DNA from: Rhizophagus irregularis
Taxonomy: Eukaryota
Assembly: GCF_026210795.1 (NCBI RefSeq)
Contig: NC_089430.1
Location: 3,286,001-3,350,000 of the forward strand
Length of the DNA stretch: 64,000 nucleotides
Direction of reading: 5' to 3'
The translations under genes and the position numbers were made by a program. The notes under the pieces were generated by a model, which was not told the DNA's origin, ran no database searches, and worked only from the letters and a program-made list of their open reading frames with translations. Shown in pieces: positions 1 to 13,531 of the stretch (position 1 is the stretch's first letter; every line of letters begins with the position of its first letter).

Positions 1-399
1 TATTAACTGCCACAATCCTCGTAATTTAATATTTGAATTACATTTTTGTAATTTTCCATCAATTACATCCACAATTGCACAATTTAATAAGTCTTTATGA
101 TTGATTTGTTCAATATTCAGCTCAACATTAATACTAGTATTAGCTGTAGTTTCTGATTTATTAGTATCATAATCATTTGCTTCATCTTCAAAATCATTAT
201 TTACTGAACTATCACTATTATTATCTAATGCTCTTTTCATTGCTAAATGAAAAGCATTTTCATTGTTTTGTATAAAATTAAAATCTTCCTCATAATCAGC
301 AATATTATCAAAAAAGTCATCAACTGAATTTTCTGGATTTATATTTAAGTCATCATTATCATACCTGTCTTTAAAGCTAAAAGTATTGGTTGAAAACAT
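1..399 (-). CDS. 5' part of an ORF running off the window edge (acidic N-terminus, then CAIVDVIDGKLQKC...LRGLWQLI), probably TE-encoded
   Basis: ATG at 399 on the minus strand; 133 open codons to position 1; lies inside a putative CACTG-ended element. Confidence 0.55.
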   Translation of the reverse strand, partial: MFSTNTFSFKDRYDNDDLNINPENSVDDFFDNIADYEEDFNFIQNNENAFHLAMKRALDNNSDSSVNNDFEDEANDYDTNKSETTANTSINVELNIEQINHKDLLNCAIVDVIDGKLQKCNSNIKLRGLWQLI

Positions 400-574
400 T
401 AAAATAAATTTAACTGTAATAATTAATAAAAAAAAATCAAATATAATTTTTTATATTAATAAACAAAAAAAAATTGTCATATTGGTAAATGTAACTAAAA
501 AATTATATGCAATACTTACTTTATAAATAAAATAAATAAAAAAATTAGTTTTTTTAATTTTTTATACCTTTTTA

Positions 575-1170
575 TACTTCTTTTACGCTCCTCCTGCACT
601 TCTTTGCACTTTTTTACGCTTCTCTGCACTTCTTTATGCACCTCTACACTTCTTTGCACTTCTTTTGCATCCTTTTACACTTCTTTTACGTTCCTTTGCC
701 TTCTTTCTACGTCCCTTTGCCTTCTTTTTACGTCCTTTTGCCTTCTTTTTACGTCCCTTTGCCTTCTTTTACGTCCCTTTGCCTTCTTTTTACGTCCCTT
801 TGCCTTCTTTCTACGTCCCTTTGCCTTCTTTTTACGTCCCTTTACACTTCTTTTACTCTTTTTGCACTTTTTTTACGTCCTTTTGCCTTCTTTTACGTCC
901 CTTTACACTTCTTTTACGTCCCTTTACACTTCTTTTACGTCCCTTTGCACTTCTTTTACGTCCCTTTGCACTTCTTTTACGTTCCTTTGTACTTCTTTTA
1001 CGTTCTTTTGCACTTCTTTTACGTTTCTTTGCACTTCTTTTACGTTTCTTTGTACTTCTTTTATGTCCCTTTACACTTCTTTACAATCTTTTTGCACTTC
1101 TTTTTATGTTTCTTTACACTTTTTTATACTCTTTTGCTTTTTTTTCACTTCTTTATACTTGTACGTTCTT
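575..1170. repeat. Pyrimidine-rich ~21 bp minisatellite (CTTCTTTTACGTCCCTTTGCA-like)
   Basis: Tandem degenerate copies visible directly; accounts for three overlapping low-complexity ORFs. Confidence 0.9.
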
Positions 1171-1843
1171 TTAAAAAAAAAAATTTGTAATTAGTAATTA
1201 AAGTATAAAAAATTTCAAAATAAAATACACAATTACCTTTTAACTTGCTCTATTTATCGTATATAAAAAATTTTAAAAAACTTTTTTTAAGTTAAATAAA
1301 TTTCTAACAGTTAATAAAATTAAAAAAAAATGAGTTATTTTACTACAAAAAATTTTAAAATACTTTATTTAGTTATAATTTGAAGTTTTAAATTACTTAC
1401 TGTATTTAACATGCAAAATATCTCTCACTTTTCTTTATTTTTTACAAAAAAATACACCAACTTCAAGTTGAGATCCACCTCAAAAAACAAAAGTTATTTG
1501 AAAAATTTTTTCGATATACTCTTAAAAGCCGTTAATAAGTATTATTTTATATATTTAGTTTAAGGGGTTATATTATTTAAATGTTGTGTTACATTTGACC
1601 TGTATTTTTTCGATTTTAACCAAATTTAGGCTGGCATTATAAAATTGGTCAGAATTAAGAAGATTTTGGCCAGAATTAAGAATTCGAAGATCATCAATTT
1701 AACCAATTAGAATAATTTTAGCCGATTTTGATCTACATACATATACTATATATTTAATGACTATGTCGCACTATAATTTTTAATATGACTATCATAATAA
1801 AAAAAATTTGCCCCCTAATTTTATTACATGCGCAGTGATTGAT

Positions 1844-3838
1844 ATATATTTCATTAGGCAATATCCCAATATGGCGTCGTAATAAACAGGATGCAAAGCA
1901 ACTTTTGGGATATTTACCAATTTTAGAAGCTGCAAATAAAGATCTGGTTCGTGATACCTTTCATAAATCTTTACGTCATTTACTAGAACCAATTATTTTA
2001 TTAAAAGATGGTATAGACCTTTTTATAAATAATGAAAATACCTGGTTTTATCCTAGAGTTTCAACTATTATTGCAGATTGGCCAGAAGCCGCAAGTTTTT
2101 GTTTAGTTTATAAATCCTCCAATTCAAGCCTTCCATGTCACTCCTGTTTAATTAAAAGGGACAATCTTGCAAATATAAACTTATCGGTTAATGATGTAAT
2201 ACTAAGAACTCGCTGATGAAATGCGTAAATATTTTGAAAATGATACACAAAAATCTGTTTGCATAGAATCTGTACCTAATTTTTTTTGGGATTTGCCGTA
2301 AGTATGCAAAAGTAGAAATAATTATAATAACATATATATATATTAATTATAAATATTTATATTATCAAGGAATATAAATATCTACTTGGCTACTGTTCCT
2401 GACAGAATGCATCATTTAGATTTGGGTTTATTTCGTTATCAAATTATCTTCACGTGCGATATCTTAAAATTGCAACATGTTAATGGTAATAAATTAGTTG
2501 AAGAAGTAGATCGCCGTCTAGCAGCAATTTCACGTTTTCCCGCCATTAAAATTTTTTCCAATGGACTGCAGTCAATTGCAAGATTAACTGCTAATGAATA
2601 TCGAAGTTTGATGAAAGTCATGATATTTGTTATTGATAATTTATATGATGAAAATAATAACGAAGTAGATAATTTTGTAAATAATGATGATCTTGTGAAA
2701 TTGTACGAATATTGGAATGAAATGTATATTTTAAGTAGATATGAAGAATTTAGTGAAAGTGACTTGGAGAAATTTAATGTATGTATTAAAATTTTAGTAA
2801 AATTGAAAATTTAAATTAAATAAATTAAATTAACATTTAAATTTTAGGATGCAATACATAGATGGGCGCGGATGTTTGTCAAGGCTTTTAAATTTGTTTC
2901 TCCTTCCAATTTGAAGTTGCCTAAATTGCATTCATGGGTTTATCACATTATTGACTCAATACGATCTTATGGCGCAATAAATGGCTATACCACAGAAACT
3001 TACGAAAGTCTCTACAAATATTTCGTTAAAATACCCTACCGAATTAGCAATAAAAAAGATGTCGAACCTCAGCTTTTACGAACTGTAAGTATTTGGAAAT
3101 TTATTTATTGTATATATTTATTATATAACTTAAAATGGAAATTAAATTAATAGATAAAACGTCAAGCAATATCTATTAGAATGTCTCAACATTCAGTGAA
3201 TCCGGCAAAAACACCTCGCACTTGTAAATTTTCTGCAAGACTCTTTGATTTCTCTTTACAAGATGCAAATACATTTTTTAATGAAAAAAAGATTCCGTAG
3301 ACAATAAAATGCAGACCGGTTTTGCTAGATTTATAAGTTGTCTGGATTCATATCTAGATTTACTTGATGGGTTCACAATTATTGGTGAAACCCGAATAAA
3401 CATATACGGATCAGTAACACTGGAAAATGGTGCCATAATGCGTGTCACAAACAGGTATCATAATAAAGTATGGTTTAGCGACATAGCTATTTCAATGGAT
3501 TCTGAAGAATCAAATGATTATATATCAGACAAAGGACTTTGTTATGGACAGGTATTTTTCCAATTTATGTAATAATTTATTATAAAGTATTAATAAATAT
3601 TTATTATTTATAGGCCTTATTGTTAGCAGAAGTATTAACAGACCCACCGCTAAATCTCGCATTAATTCAATGGTACGATTTTAAATCTAAAAGGAACCCA
3701 TATTTATATGGATGTCTTTACTTAAAATTGATAGAATTATATAACTTTGTAGCTATAGAGTCTATACATGGTGTCGTTCACATAGTACCCCGATTTGATA
3801 AACAAAATGAATATTTCGTAAATAAATATATTTTTTAG
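1844..3838 (+). pseudogene. Plavaka-family transposase, multi-exon, 5'-truncated, with a premature stop
   Basis: Motifs IYISLGNIP, ADWPEA..C..PCHSC, DRMHHLDLGLF, KLPKLHSW, TETYESL and terminal YFVNKYIF; GT-AG introns; in-frame TGA at 2214-2216. Confidence 0.8.
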
Positions 3839-3979
3839 TCACTTGATATAGGAGTTTTGATTTATTTTAATAAAATTATATCCTTAAAGAATTTATGGTC
3901 ACGTTTCCCATATCATAAATAAAATGCAGATTTATTTATTTAATTATTAACAACACAGGTGTGACATAAATAAATCGTG

Positions 3980-4127
3980 ACTGAAATTTGTATTCAATTT
4001 GTGTTCAATTTGTGTTGATAATTCTGGTAAAAAATTATTAATTTTGGCCAAATTTCGTTAAATTTGTTAAATTTGTGTTGAGTTTGTGTTGAATTTGTGT
4101 TGCGTAATTTTTTATTTATCACAAGGG
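3980..4127 (-). repeat. Probable Plavaka right terminus (CCCTTGTG) with TTTGTGTT subterminal repeats
   Basis: CACAAGGG ends at 4127, preceded by repeated TTTGTGTT motifs. Confidence 0.5.
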
Positions 4128-4677
4128 ATGATATTTAGTAATTGCATGTACGATGTACAAGATTTTTTTTTATGATTTTTTTAAGAAATGTACGCAAAAT
4201 ATTTAATCAGAATATAATTGTTTTATTTTTAAATATGATATATTGATGATTTTTTTTTAAAAAAAAAATTGATTTTTTTAAAATTCAATAGAATGTGCTA
4301 ATAATAAATTGGTTTATTTTTAAATATAATATATTGATATTTATATTTAAATAACCAAAACATGTACATGATTTTTAATTATTTTTAATTGAAATCAAAC
4401 TAAGATTTTTTTTTAAAAAAAAATTAAAATAAATTAAGTGATTTATATTTATATTTAGAATCATGATATTTATATTTAGATAATCCATATCCGCATGAGA
4501 TTTAATTAATATGTTTAATGATGAAAAGTCTAATAAATTAAATTTTAATTGAAACGAGAAATAAAATCAAACCAAAGAGGTATTGTTTAAATTTTATTTA
4601 AAGTGACATTTTACGACTTTCTTTCAAATTTTTACTCATCCCAAAATCAAATTATAAAAATCAAATCTAATCTGATA

Positions 4678-5302
4678 ATGCCTCGCCACACACGTCGTCG
4701 TTCCCACTATAACGTCCATTGGAACTGGGCTATGATAGACGAACTTGTTGACATACGCCGAGACAGAAACCGCGCCTACCACAATATTAATGGTAGAAGC
4801 CGCCAAGATTTTTGGGACTCTGTTGCCAATAGGTTCATATGACTAATATCTATAATTTCTTTAAAAAAGAATTTAAATTCAAATTAACCAATCCATTTAA
4901 TTGAATCAGAATAAATAGAATATTTCGAACGAGGGTTTCCGGGCAACAGTGCAGCCAAAAGTGGAGGAACCTCGTCAGGGATTACCATGTAAGTAAATAA
5001 ATAAAATTACATTCATATAAATTAAATGTATTTACCGAATATTCAAACTGATTTTGATATTTAGAACTATGTCCTTTATCGTAATGGTACCCCTGGGCGG
5101 CAGCTGTGAATGCGTACCGGCGCAAGATATTATCGCGAATTTAGAACGAGATTTTGGGAGAGGCCGGGTAATTATACTATAATAAAATTTATAATTAATA
5201 TTTACGTTCATGTTTTAAATTTGATAAATTTGATCAATTTTAGTCACGCATGATGATCGTAGGGCAAGGAGAAACTTACCTACGTATCGTAGAAGAAGAT
5301 AA
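4678..5302 (+). pseudogene. Four-exon Myb/SANT-like (trihelix-type) small basic protein with one premature TGA
   Basis: Spliced product W..AMIDELV..R...FWDSVANRINR...SGQQCSQKWRNL; canonical introns; CAG CTG TGA at ~5101-5109. Confidence 0.65.
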
Positions 5303-5660
5303 TTATTTTTATTTTTTTATTATTTATTAAGTGAGTAGCTAGACATTTGATCCGTACCAAATATCGGCTGGAGACTCACGTTTTTTTGGGCTGTGACTGA
5401 TACTGACGTCCACGCCGTACAGCCTGGGTACTATTTTATAAAATAGTAGCGAACAAGTATCAAATGTGTATTTTTTTTATTAAGTTATAATAAAAATTAG
5501 AATTTACTTTAATTTTTAACATAAAAATTGTAAATAATAAAAAATTCGTAAATAAAAATAAATTTGCTTTCCCAAACTTAAAAAAAAGGTGTTTATATAA
5601 AAGAAAAGGTGTTTATATTATTTTTGATTATTCAATAGTATCACATGCCCCTTGTATACG

Positions 5661-6230
5661 TTCTACTGCATATGCAGTTTACAATCTCGTAAATTTTTGA
5701 AATATTTCAACCGTAATATTACGCAGGTTTACAGTTTCGTAAATTTTCGAAATATTTTAACCGTAATATTACGCAGGTTTACAGTTTCGTAAATTTTCGA
5801 AATATTTCAACCGTAATATTACGCAGGTTTACAGTTTCGTAAATTTTCGAAATATTTTAACCGTAATATTATGCAGGTTTACAGTTTCATAAATTTTCAA
5901 AATATTTCAACCGTAATATTACGCAGGTTTACAGTTTCGTAAATTTTCGAAATATTTTAACCGTAATATTACGCAGGTTTACAGTTTCATAAATTTTCAA
6001 AATATTTCAACCGTAATATTACGCAGGTTTACAGTTTCGTAAATTTTCGAAATATTTCAACCGTAATATTACGCAGGTTTACAGTTTCATAAATTTGCAG
6101 AATATTTTGACCGTAATATTGCGTAAATCTTACGATATTGAAAACTTACATAATATTTTAACCGTAATATCACATAAATCTTACGAAATTGTAAACTTAC
6201 GTAATATTTTGAAATTTTTCAAAATATTAT
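5661..6230. repeat. 50 bp tandem array: 8 near-perfect units plus degenerate flanking units
   Basis: CCGTAATATT recurs every 50 bp from 5711 to 6111. Confidence 0.95.
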
Positions 6231-6300
6231 GCCATAAACTTTCGTAAACTTACAAAATCGTAAACTTACGCAATTTTTCGCGCTATAAAATTTCCTGATG

Positions 6301-7656
6301 TTAATAAGATGACCCAACAATCATCAGTTCGTTGTTCAAAGATCTGATATCCATCACATGTCCCAGATAGTGCAATATCCCGTTCATCTTTAAAAAAACC
6401 CCTTTGTAATAAATCCTTATATAACCTATTGAAAGAAACATATTTTAATGGCCTTTTTTTTTAAAAAAAAATTTACTTTAGTAATTAAATTATACTCACA
6501 ATCCATCAAAGATATCAGCATATATTTCCTCCTCTCCTTTGTTTTGGGAATAATTACGTCTATATTGTAATTCTTCGGCTCTTTCTTTATTCTTGTATTG
6601 AATTATTAGGCGTTCTTTTACCAAAAAAAAAAATGTTGTATTTACAGGTTTGCCATTATCATTAAATCTGTTTTCACCACAAATAGGGCAACTGGCTAAA
6701 TTTTCATATGATGATGTAAATGCAATACAACTGTTTTTGCAAGTATCGTATCTATGAGGTTCAAAAGGAACTATGCTATTGATTTTTTTTTCAACTTATA
6801 GATTGTTAAATTAGAATTAACATTATCAAGTATTTTGTTGAATGCGATGTCAGATATTGAATGGAGTACTTTTGTATGTAAAAGACGTAAACCTTGAATC
6901 AATTCATCTAAAATAAATAAATATTATTATTCTATCAAAATTAAAATCAATAAACATAGTATTAACTGTACCATCATTTATGTTTGTCATTTCAGATTCC
7001 TCAAATTCTTTATTATCATCTGTTAATTCATCATTCTCTTCAGAAATATATGCACTTGTTTGTGAACAATCACTTTCAGTTTCTATGTCTCCTTTATCAT
7101 CTTCTTCATCACAATCTTTATTATCAAGACTTTGCCTATCACTATTCTTATCGTAATCTTCGTTATTAGGAATTGGATTACCATTATTATAATCTTCGTT
7201 GTCAAGAAATGGCTCATCGCTATCGTCATCATCATAATCTTCTGATCTGCAATTAACATGATTTTGATGATTATTAAAGTATTATTATAACAATAATGTT
7301 TAATAAAAGTAAAATTTACTTTTTTTTATAAAACAATTAATTAATTACCTTTTTGGTATGTCTTTTAAAATTACAGGAACATGATCGTTATTTGAAACAT
7401 TGCTTTCTGAACTTGTATCTGATTTATCCGATTCATCGTCTTCGAACTTTCTTTTTTCAGCTGCGTTACAACTTGAAATTGATTCACTATCGCTTTTTGT
7501 TTCTGATCCACTTTCTGCTTCAGATTCATTAATTTTTTCAATATTTGCTTTTTCTCTTTTTTGATGTTTTTTAAAAGTTTTTCTAGTAGACAACCACTTT
7601 CCGTTACCATCTTTAGAATTTATTTTACAAATACGACAAGAACAAAGAAATGGCAT
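6301..7656 (-). pseudogene. CACTA/EnSpm Tnp2-type (Transposase_21-like) transposase, N-terminal half, truncated at 6300
   Basis: C.C..C N-terminus, acidic exons, YDTCKNSCIAF...CPICGENRF, ADIFDG, DGYQIF..DDCWVILL. Confidence 0.75.
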
Positions 7657-7829
7657 TTTGAAACGTGATAGAATTTATGTAACGATCTATTTTTATAAAC
7701 AATCACATAGTTTGTATTATTACATGATTGTATTAAATTTACGCATTAAAGTTAGAGGTTGTGTTACAAGATTGTGTATCATTATTAGAGATGATATAAT
7801 AATGACAATATTCGTAATAATTATACTGA

Positions 7830-8173
7830 TTGTATTATGAGCAATGGTTCACACAAAGCCATACTAATTGTTCAAAGCCTATTATGAGCAACGGTTCATA
7901 TAAAAGCCATAATAATTGTTCAAAGCCTATTATGAGCAACGGTTCATACAAAACCATACTAATTGTATTAAGAGATTGTGTTATGAGCAACGCTCGTACT
8001 GATGACTGATAAATTGAATCATTATATTTTATGTATTATTATCAATAAAGTTAATTTAACCGTGTTAATACTGATAAGAATGTAGTCCTAATACTTGTAA
8101 TAATCTTTCATTAATAATTTCATAATATAATTTTCATGATATTTTTTTTCTTTATGTCACCAACACTACAGTG
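7830..8173. repeat. Subterminal ~46 bp repeats and CACTACAGTG terminus of the Tnp2 element
   Basis: TATGAGCAACGGTTCAT..AAGCCATACTAATTG x3-4; CACTACAGTG at 8164-8173 reads CACTG on the minus strand. Confidence 0.5.
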
Positions 8174-8567
8174 AAATGCAAAAGTTATATTTAAAGGTAA
8201 CTCCCTCTCACCAATTGTTCGCAAGGCTCTCAATCAGTCAGAACCTAAAATAAAGTTATATCGGTTATTAGACATGTTTGATACTGGTCTCCTTAGTGTC
8301 CTCGAGCTGGGCTTTGATGCATAAACGAGTCGTAATATATTATTCACGGGGGTAATGAGTCAGTTTTTGGAGAGGCACTTTGTCAAACCATCAGGACAGA
8401 AAATCAGAAAATGGAGTCGAACAACTATAAATGGTATTTCGCGATCAATAAAAAATAAAAATAAACAACGCGTCAGTCGCGTCATGTTTAAGTATAAAGT
8501 ATAAATACATGCTATCTTTAGTGATTCTTCATTTCTTTACGCATTTTTTTAAAAAAATTTAAAAAAA

Positions 8568-9520
8568 ATGGAACAAACACCCGAAACTGAGGTATAAGAG
8601 TAAAAATATAAAAATATTTTTAATAATCTATAATCAAAAATTCTTACTTTATTACTATATTATAGCTCAGGCCCATATATAAGCCTACGTCTAAATATAA
8701 TTTACAAAATGCGTTAGGATTAAAAAATGAAAAGCAACGCTGGCTTGCTTATTTAGTAACTATTTATTAATTTTTAATAAAAGATAAAAATTGTTTTTTA
8801 ATAGTAAATTTTTGTAATAGGAGATAATGCGAGAATGTCTCTACGAAAAGAATGTAGATTTTACCGCCGATTATAGGAGTCAAAAGCATACAATAACTGC
8901 ACAAATAGTTCGTTTTGTAAATATTAAATTTTAATTTTCGTTATTTCTTTTTTTTTGAAGTATACTAAAAATTATTATATTATAGTTTAAAAAAAAGGCT
9001 CCTGACTTCCCTATAACCGCAGCCGATTGCCGATTGAGCTGTAAAGGAGATACTTGTTAGTACTATACAAAATAAACGTAAGTTAATAATAACTTTATTT
9101 ATATCTAGTTGGTTTATAGTAGAAATTAATTATTTCATTTTATTTATAATAGGCTATTATCTGAAAAAAAAAAATGAATTAGAAAATAATTTAAGAGTTC
9201 CACCACAAAATTCTCCAACATTACAGGACCATCCTCCACCATCTCCTCAAGCACAACAAGATCCTCCTTCTCCAGTTGAGCCTTCTGATGAACAAGTTCA
9301 GATCTGGCCTCCAGTTGAGCCTTCTGATGAACAAGTTCAGATCCGGCCTCCAGAACTACGTACTGATGAACAAATTCAGGTCCGGCCTCCAGAACCACGT
9401 ACTAATGAAAAAGTTCAAAGTAATCCTCCAAAAAGGGTCCGGAAACAACGTGTAAATGACAAAGAAAATCAAATTAATGTCCCCAAAAAAAGAGGAAGAA
9501 AAGCAAAATCAAGTAAATAA
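8568..9520 (+). pseudogene. Multi-exon hypothetical gene (MEQTPETELRPIYKPTSKYNLQ...), disrupted, with a 39 bp coding repeat
   Basis: GT-AG introns joined in frame; 7 bp duplication at 9022-9035; in-frame stops; 39 bp repeat x4 at ~9270-9420. Confidence 0.55.
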
Positions 9521-11065
9521 ATAAACTTGATCTCGGAGATGACAATTTCTTCGTTCTTGTATAAAACGAATCATACATAGTTTTGACTTAATTAGTTCAA
9601 TAAATCTTGTTATGATAAACTATTGGTTAATTCATCTTCTCATACACTATATCAGTATTCAGCATTTCATTCGAATTAAATTAAAAATTTGAAGACGTTT
9701 AGATTACCTCCGCATAAATAATTTGAATTGTGTAACGCGTAATTTGTCCACGCCTCATTACGCAATATTTAATTGTTCTAATCATTAATAAATAATCTAC
9801 ACACTATAAATTACTTTGATAAGAAATTTTACACATTTAATCTTTTTTGTTCTAAAAAATCGCTTAAATCTTATAAATACCTTTCCCTTCAATTATGATA
9901 ACTTACAAATGAAGATGGTTCACAAAAGAAGTCAAAATAAATTACAAGAACGAAAAAATAAATCCTTTTCGAATAATAAAAGAAAAAGAGATAAGGTGAG
10001 TGAACACTTGAGAACCGTCTAGAGTGGTTACTAGGTTCGCCCGTAGTTTTTCAGATCTTTTAGATAGCTTTTTTTATTTTTTTTCTTCTATTTTTTATTT
10101 TTTTATTTTTTTATTTTTTTTTTGGAGGGTTTAATAAAAGATGGAGTATATAATTGTATTTGGTTGTTATCTGGTTTCTAATTAAAAAATTGGTTTAGGT
10201 CAACTCTTTAAACGAAACAATTGAAAATAAAGATAAAGGTAATTATAAATTATTATTGTATAAATAATATATATCAATTACTAACATTTATTTAGAAATT
10301 ACACAATTAAAACGGCAAAAAACATTTGCCGTTGAATTATATCAACAAAAGTTAAACCAAATAATAGAAATAGAAAATAAATTAGAAAATAATTGCAAAT
10401 GTATAGAAAATGAATAATTTTGTTAATAAATTATATGTTATTATAATTCAGTTCTCCCAACTATTCTGTTCCCCAAAGAACTACGTGAAAAATTTTTTTT
10501 TTGATGGGAGAAAAAAATGATATGTTCCCATATGAAATAAAAATGATATATCTTCCCATACGAAACAAGTTTTGTGAGAAAAAAAATCATTTTTTCACGA
10601 GAAAAGGAGTTTGCCAAACAATCCTGTTACATTGAAGATCTGCTACTTTTACGTAATTACTAATAGCTCATTTATTTAATATTTGTATAATTTATAAAAT
10701 AAAATACGAATACTGACAAAAAGTAAATTTTACTTTCAGTTAACAACCAGATCGGCATACTGTACTATTCTGATTGAAGTTTCTAGCACGTTGTTTGTAA
10801 TTAATTTTGTACTTTTCTTTGTCCCCATTTTTCCCATTTCACAAAAAATTCATCAGATCTTATCGTTCTCGTGTATTTGCTAAAATCCTTCTTTTTGAAA
10901 CATGTATTTTCTCACGCATTTTTTCCTATATATACAATCCAATTACGTAAAAATTATTTTAAGTTTTCGTAACGTCTAAACCTGTAGTACTCTCTTTAGG
11001 TAAGTCAGCCTGCTGAGATAGTTTTAATGATAGGAATAACTTTTAATTTATATAATAGATTCACG

Positions 11066-11680
11066 ATGGTCAGACACCGCTCTCAACGTTCGAAGGAAAA
11101 ACGAATTGCTCACATTAAGAGCAAGAGAGGAAGTGCTCGTCAGGTAGTTGCAGGTGGGTTCCTCTCTATGATATCCTGGGGGCTTAGATTGTTCTAAAGA
11201 GGGCTTGTGGATGTTTGTCCTGAAATGATCCTGTGGACGTCTTTGGATTGTTCTAAAGGTGACTTGTGGACGTCTGTTCTAAAACGAATCTGTGGACGTC
11301 TAAGCGGTATCGGTGTCAACCTAAGATGGAAAAACCCGCTTGGTCGAATTGCGCATAGATCAAGTTAACCAATTTTTTTTCCCCCATTAGATTACATAAA
11401 GGAATTGGAAAAAAAGGTGCAGGAACTTCAAGAGCAAGTGAATGGTATGGATCGGGCTTACAGAGATGACCAGAGAGAATTGCTGCGGGTACATAATGAA
11501 TTAAAGAAGGCAGAGAAGAAGTAAGTAATCAACTTTTTTGCTAATAAGTTTCCTTAAATTAATATAATTTTTCACTTTTATTTTATTAGGATTACTCGTT
11601 TAGAAGGGGAGGAAAGGGATGAAGAAGGCCAAGAAAGAAGACAAAGAAAGGGACAGGGACGAGGGAAAAGGGGAAAATAA
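11066..11680 (+). pseudogene. Small Arg/Lys-rich gene remnant (MVRHRSQRSKEKRIAH...GRGKRGK)
   Basis: ATG at 11066; GTAAGT...TTAG intron at 11521-11589; frame disrupted. Confidence 0.35.
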
Positions 11681-12539
11681 AATTTTGTATAATGTTATTT
11701 ATATTCCTAATATATTTTTTCATCTATATGTTAATAAATATTAATAATATAATATGTTACAAATTGTTTATTATCGTTGTTGTAAGTTGTAAATATTAAC
11801 GTGCTTGGTAAACTAGTTTTAAGAATGAAGGATAAAATTTAGCGCAAAGAGTAGTGACAATACAAAGTGCAATAAAATTACAGGTATTGCGAATAAAATG
11901 ACTAAAAAGCCAAAAGACAGAATGAAAAAAAGAAAGATATAAATAAATGTAAACGAAAATGATGCAGACCTAACCTGACGTTATACATTATATGTTATAC
12001 TGTACGAACACTGTTGTGATATTAAAGTCAATCGGCAAATATATATATATATATTTCAAATAAATCTTAATAAAAAAATCAACGTGTAACTGAATGATAA
12101 ATTTTCTTTACCTGAAGATTTTTTTAGGTCTCCCGGTTCGTAAGACGAAAACGTCTAACGTAATGATTCAATTTATGATCGCATTGCACATTGCGTAAGT
12201 TTAATAACCCACCTATTATTTTTATTTATTTATTTATTATATATCTAATAATTATTTTCACACGAGAAAAAAAAATTTTTTGTCAATCCTAACTGTTACA
12301 TTCTGCTACCATCAAAATTGTCATTTTTTTTTTAGTGAGAAAATTTTTTATTTGCGGAAAAAAAAATACCGAATGGGAGAAATGTGGATGTTGCACAGAG
12401 TTTAATGTATCATGCTAAGGTGGTGGAACATCATTATTATAACACAATTAAATCTTACGCGTGCACTTCCATTTTTGGTTCATCAAATCCACTTTGCCAT
12501 TAAAGTATAAATACACCGCTTCCATTAAAAGATGTAAAG

Positions 12540-12995
12540 ATGTAATTCAATATGGTGCATATCACCTAAACTCATCAAATAAAATTAGTGATTTTAAAAA
12601 GCTAACTACTTGTTAAAATTATATGATAATTAAAAATGTAAACCGATAAAATTACACTTTGAGTTCTTCTCTTTCAAATTATCGGATTACTTTTCCTTTA
12701 TCTAACATATTTCAAAAGTTATTAAAGTTTAAAGTTAGCATATTTTTATATATCTCTATATTAACTTATATATAAATGAGAAAATTTCGGAATTATTCTA
12801 TCATGTGATATTGATTATAACCAATTATATTGATTTATTTGTTATAATAAATTGTGATCAAAATTTTAATTACTAAATAAAGTTAGACTATTGCCTTATT
12901 TAGAAGTAATAAATTCTAATTTAGTAATGATCATCATAAAATAAAAATTCGGACTATTGATGAGTTTAGGTGATATGCACCATATCGAATTACAT
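12540..12995. mobile_element. MITE-like element with ~39 bp inverted repeats
   Basis: ATGTAATTCAATATGGTGCATATCACCTAAACTCATCAA matches the reverse complement at 12957-12995 with 1 mismatch; TSD not resolved. Confidence 0.6.
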
Positions 12996-13531
12996 ATTAT
13001 GATTAATATGTCCAAACAAAAAAAAATCAAATTACATATTACGATTAATATGTCGCAGCAAAAAAGCCATAAAATAGAATTACATATTACGATTAATAAA
13101 TTTATCAAACAAAAAAATTAAAAATTCATTTTTTGGTTTTTCTTTCTCTAATTCTCTTCTTTTTTTAAAAAAATACTGAATTCTTTCTACCACCTTTATC
13201 GCAATTTTAAAATATGGACTCTTTAAGATCATTAAAAATACCAATTATCCAGCTGCAAAAAAGTATTTTACCTTATAATTTTGATTCTGGAGAACAACCC
13301 GAAACAGAACAGCCTGCAACAGGTTTGCAAAGTTAATTATTTATTTTGTATCTAATTCTAATAAATCAATTAATATCTACTTCAATTTTGAATCAATATT
13401 TCATAATTGGATATATTTAAAGATAAACAAGAACCATTGGTTCTAATAATTTCTCCAAGTGTTACAAGTGACGATGGTTCTTCTGGTTCTCCCAGTGTCG
13501 GGGTTGGGGTTTCTAAAACTTTTAGTAATAA

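Larger units (their letters stand above)
1..1837 (-). mobile_element. Putative CMC/CACTA-type element, one end visible (CACTGCGCATG), truncating the Plavaka gene
   Basis: The reverse complement of the sequence ending at 1837 reads CACTG; Plavaka coding sequence (IYISLGNIP) starts a few bases later with its N-terminus missing. Confidence 0.45.

Noticed and set aside
604..1194. Three long overlapping ORFs
   Set aside because: Artefact of a stop-free 21 bp minisatellite
5661..6120. CRISPR array
   Set aside because: Head-to-tail repeats with no unique spacers
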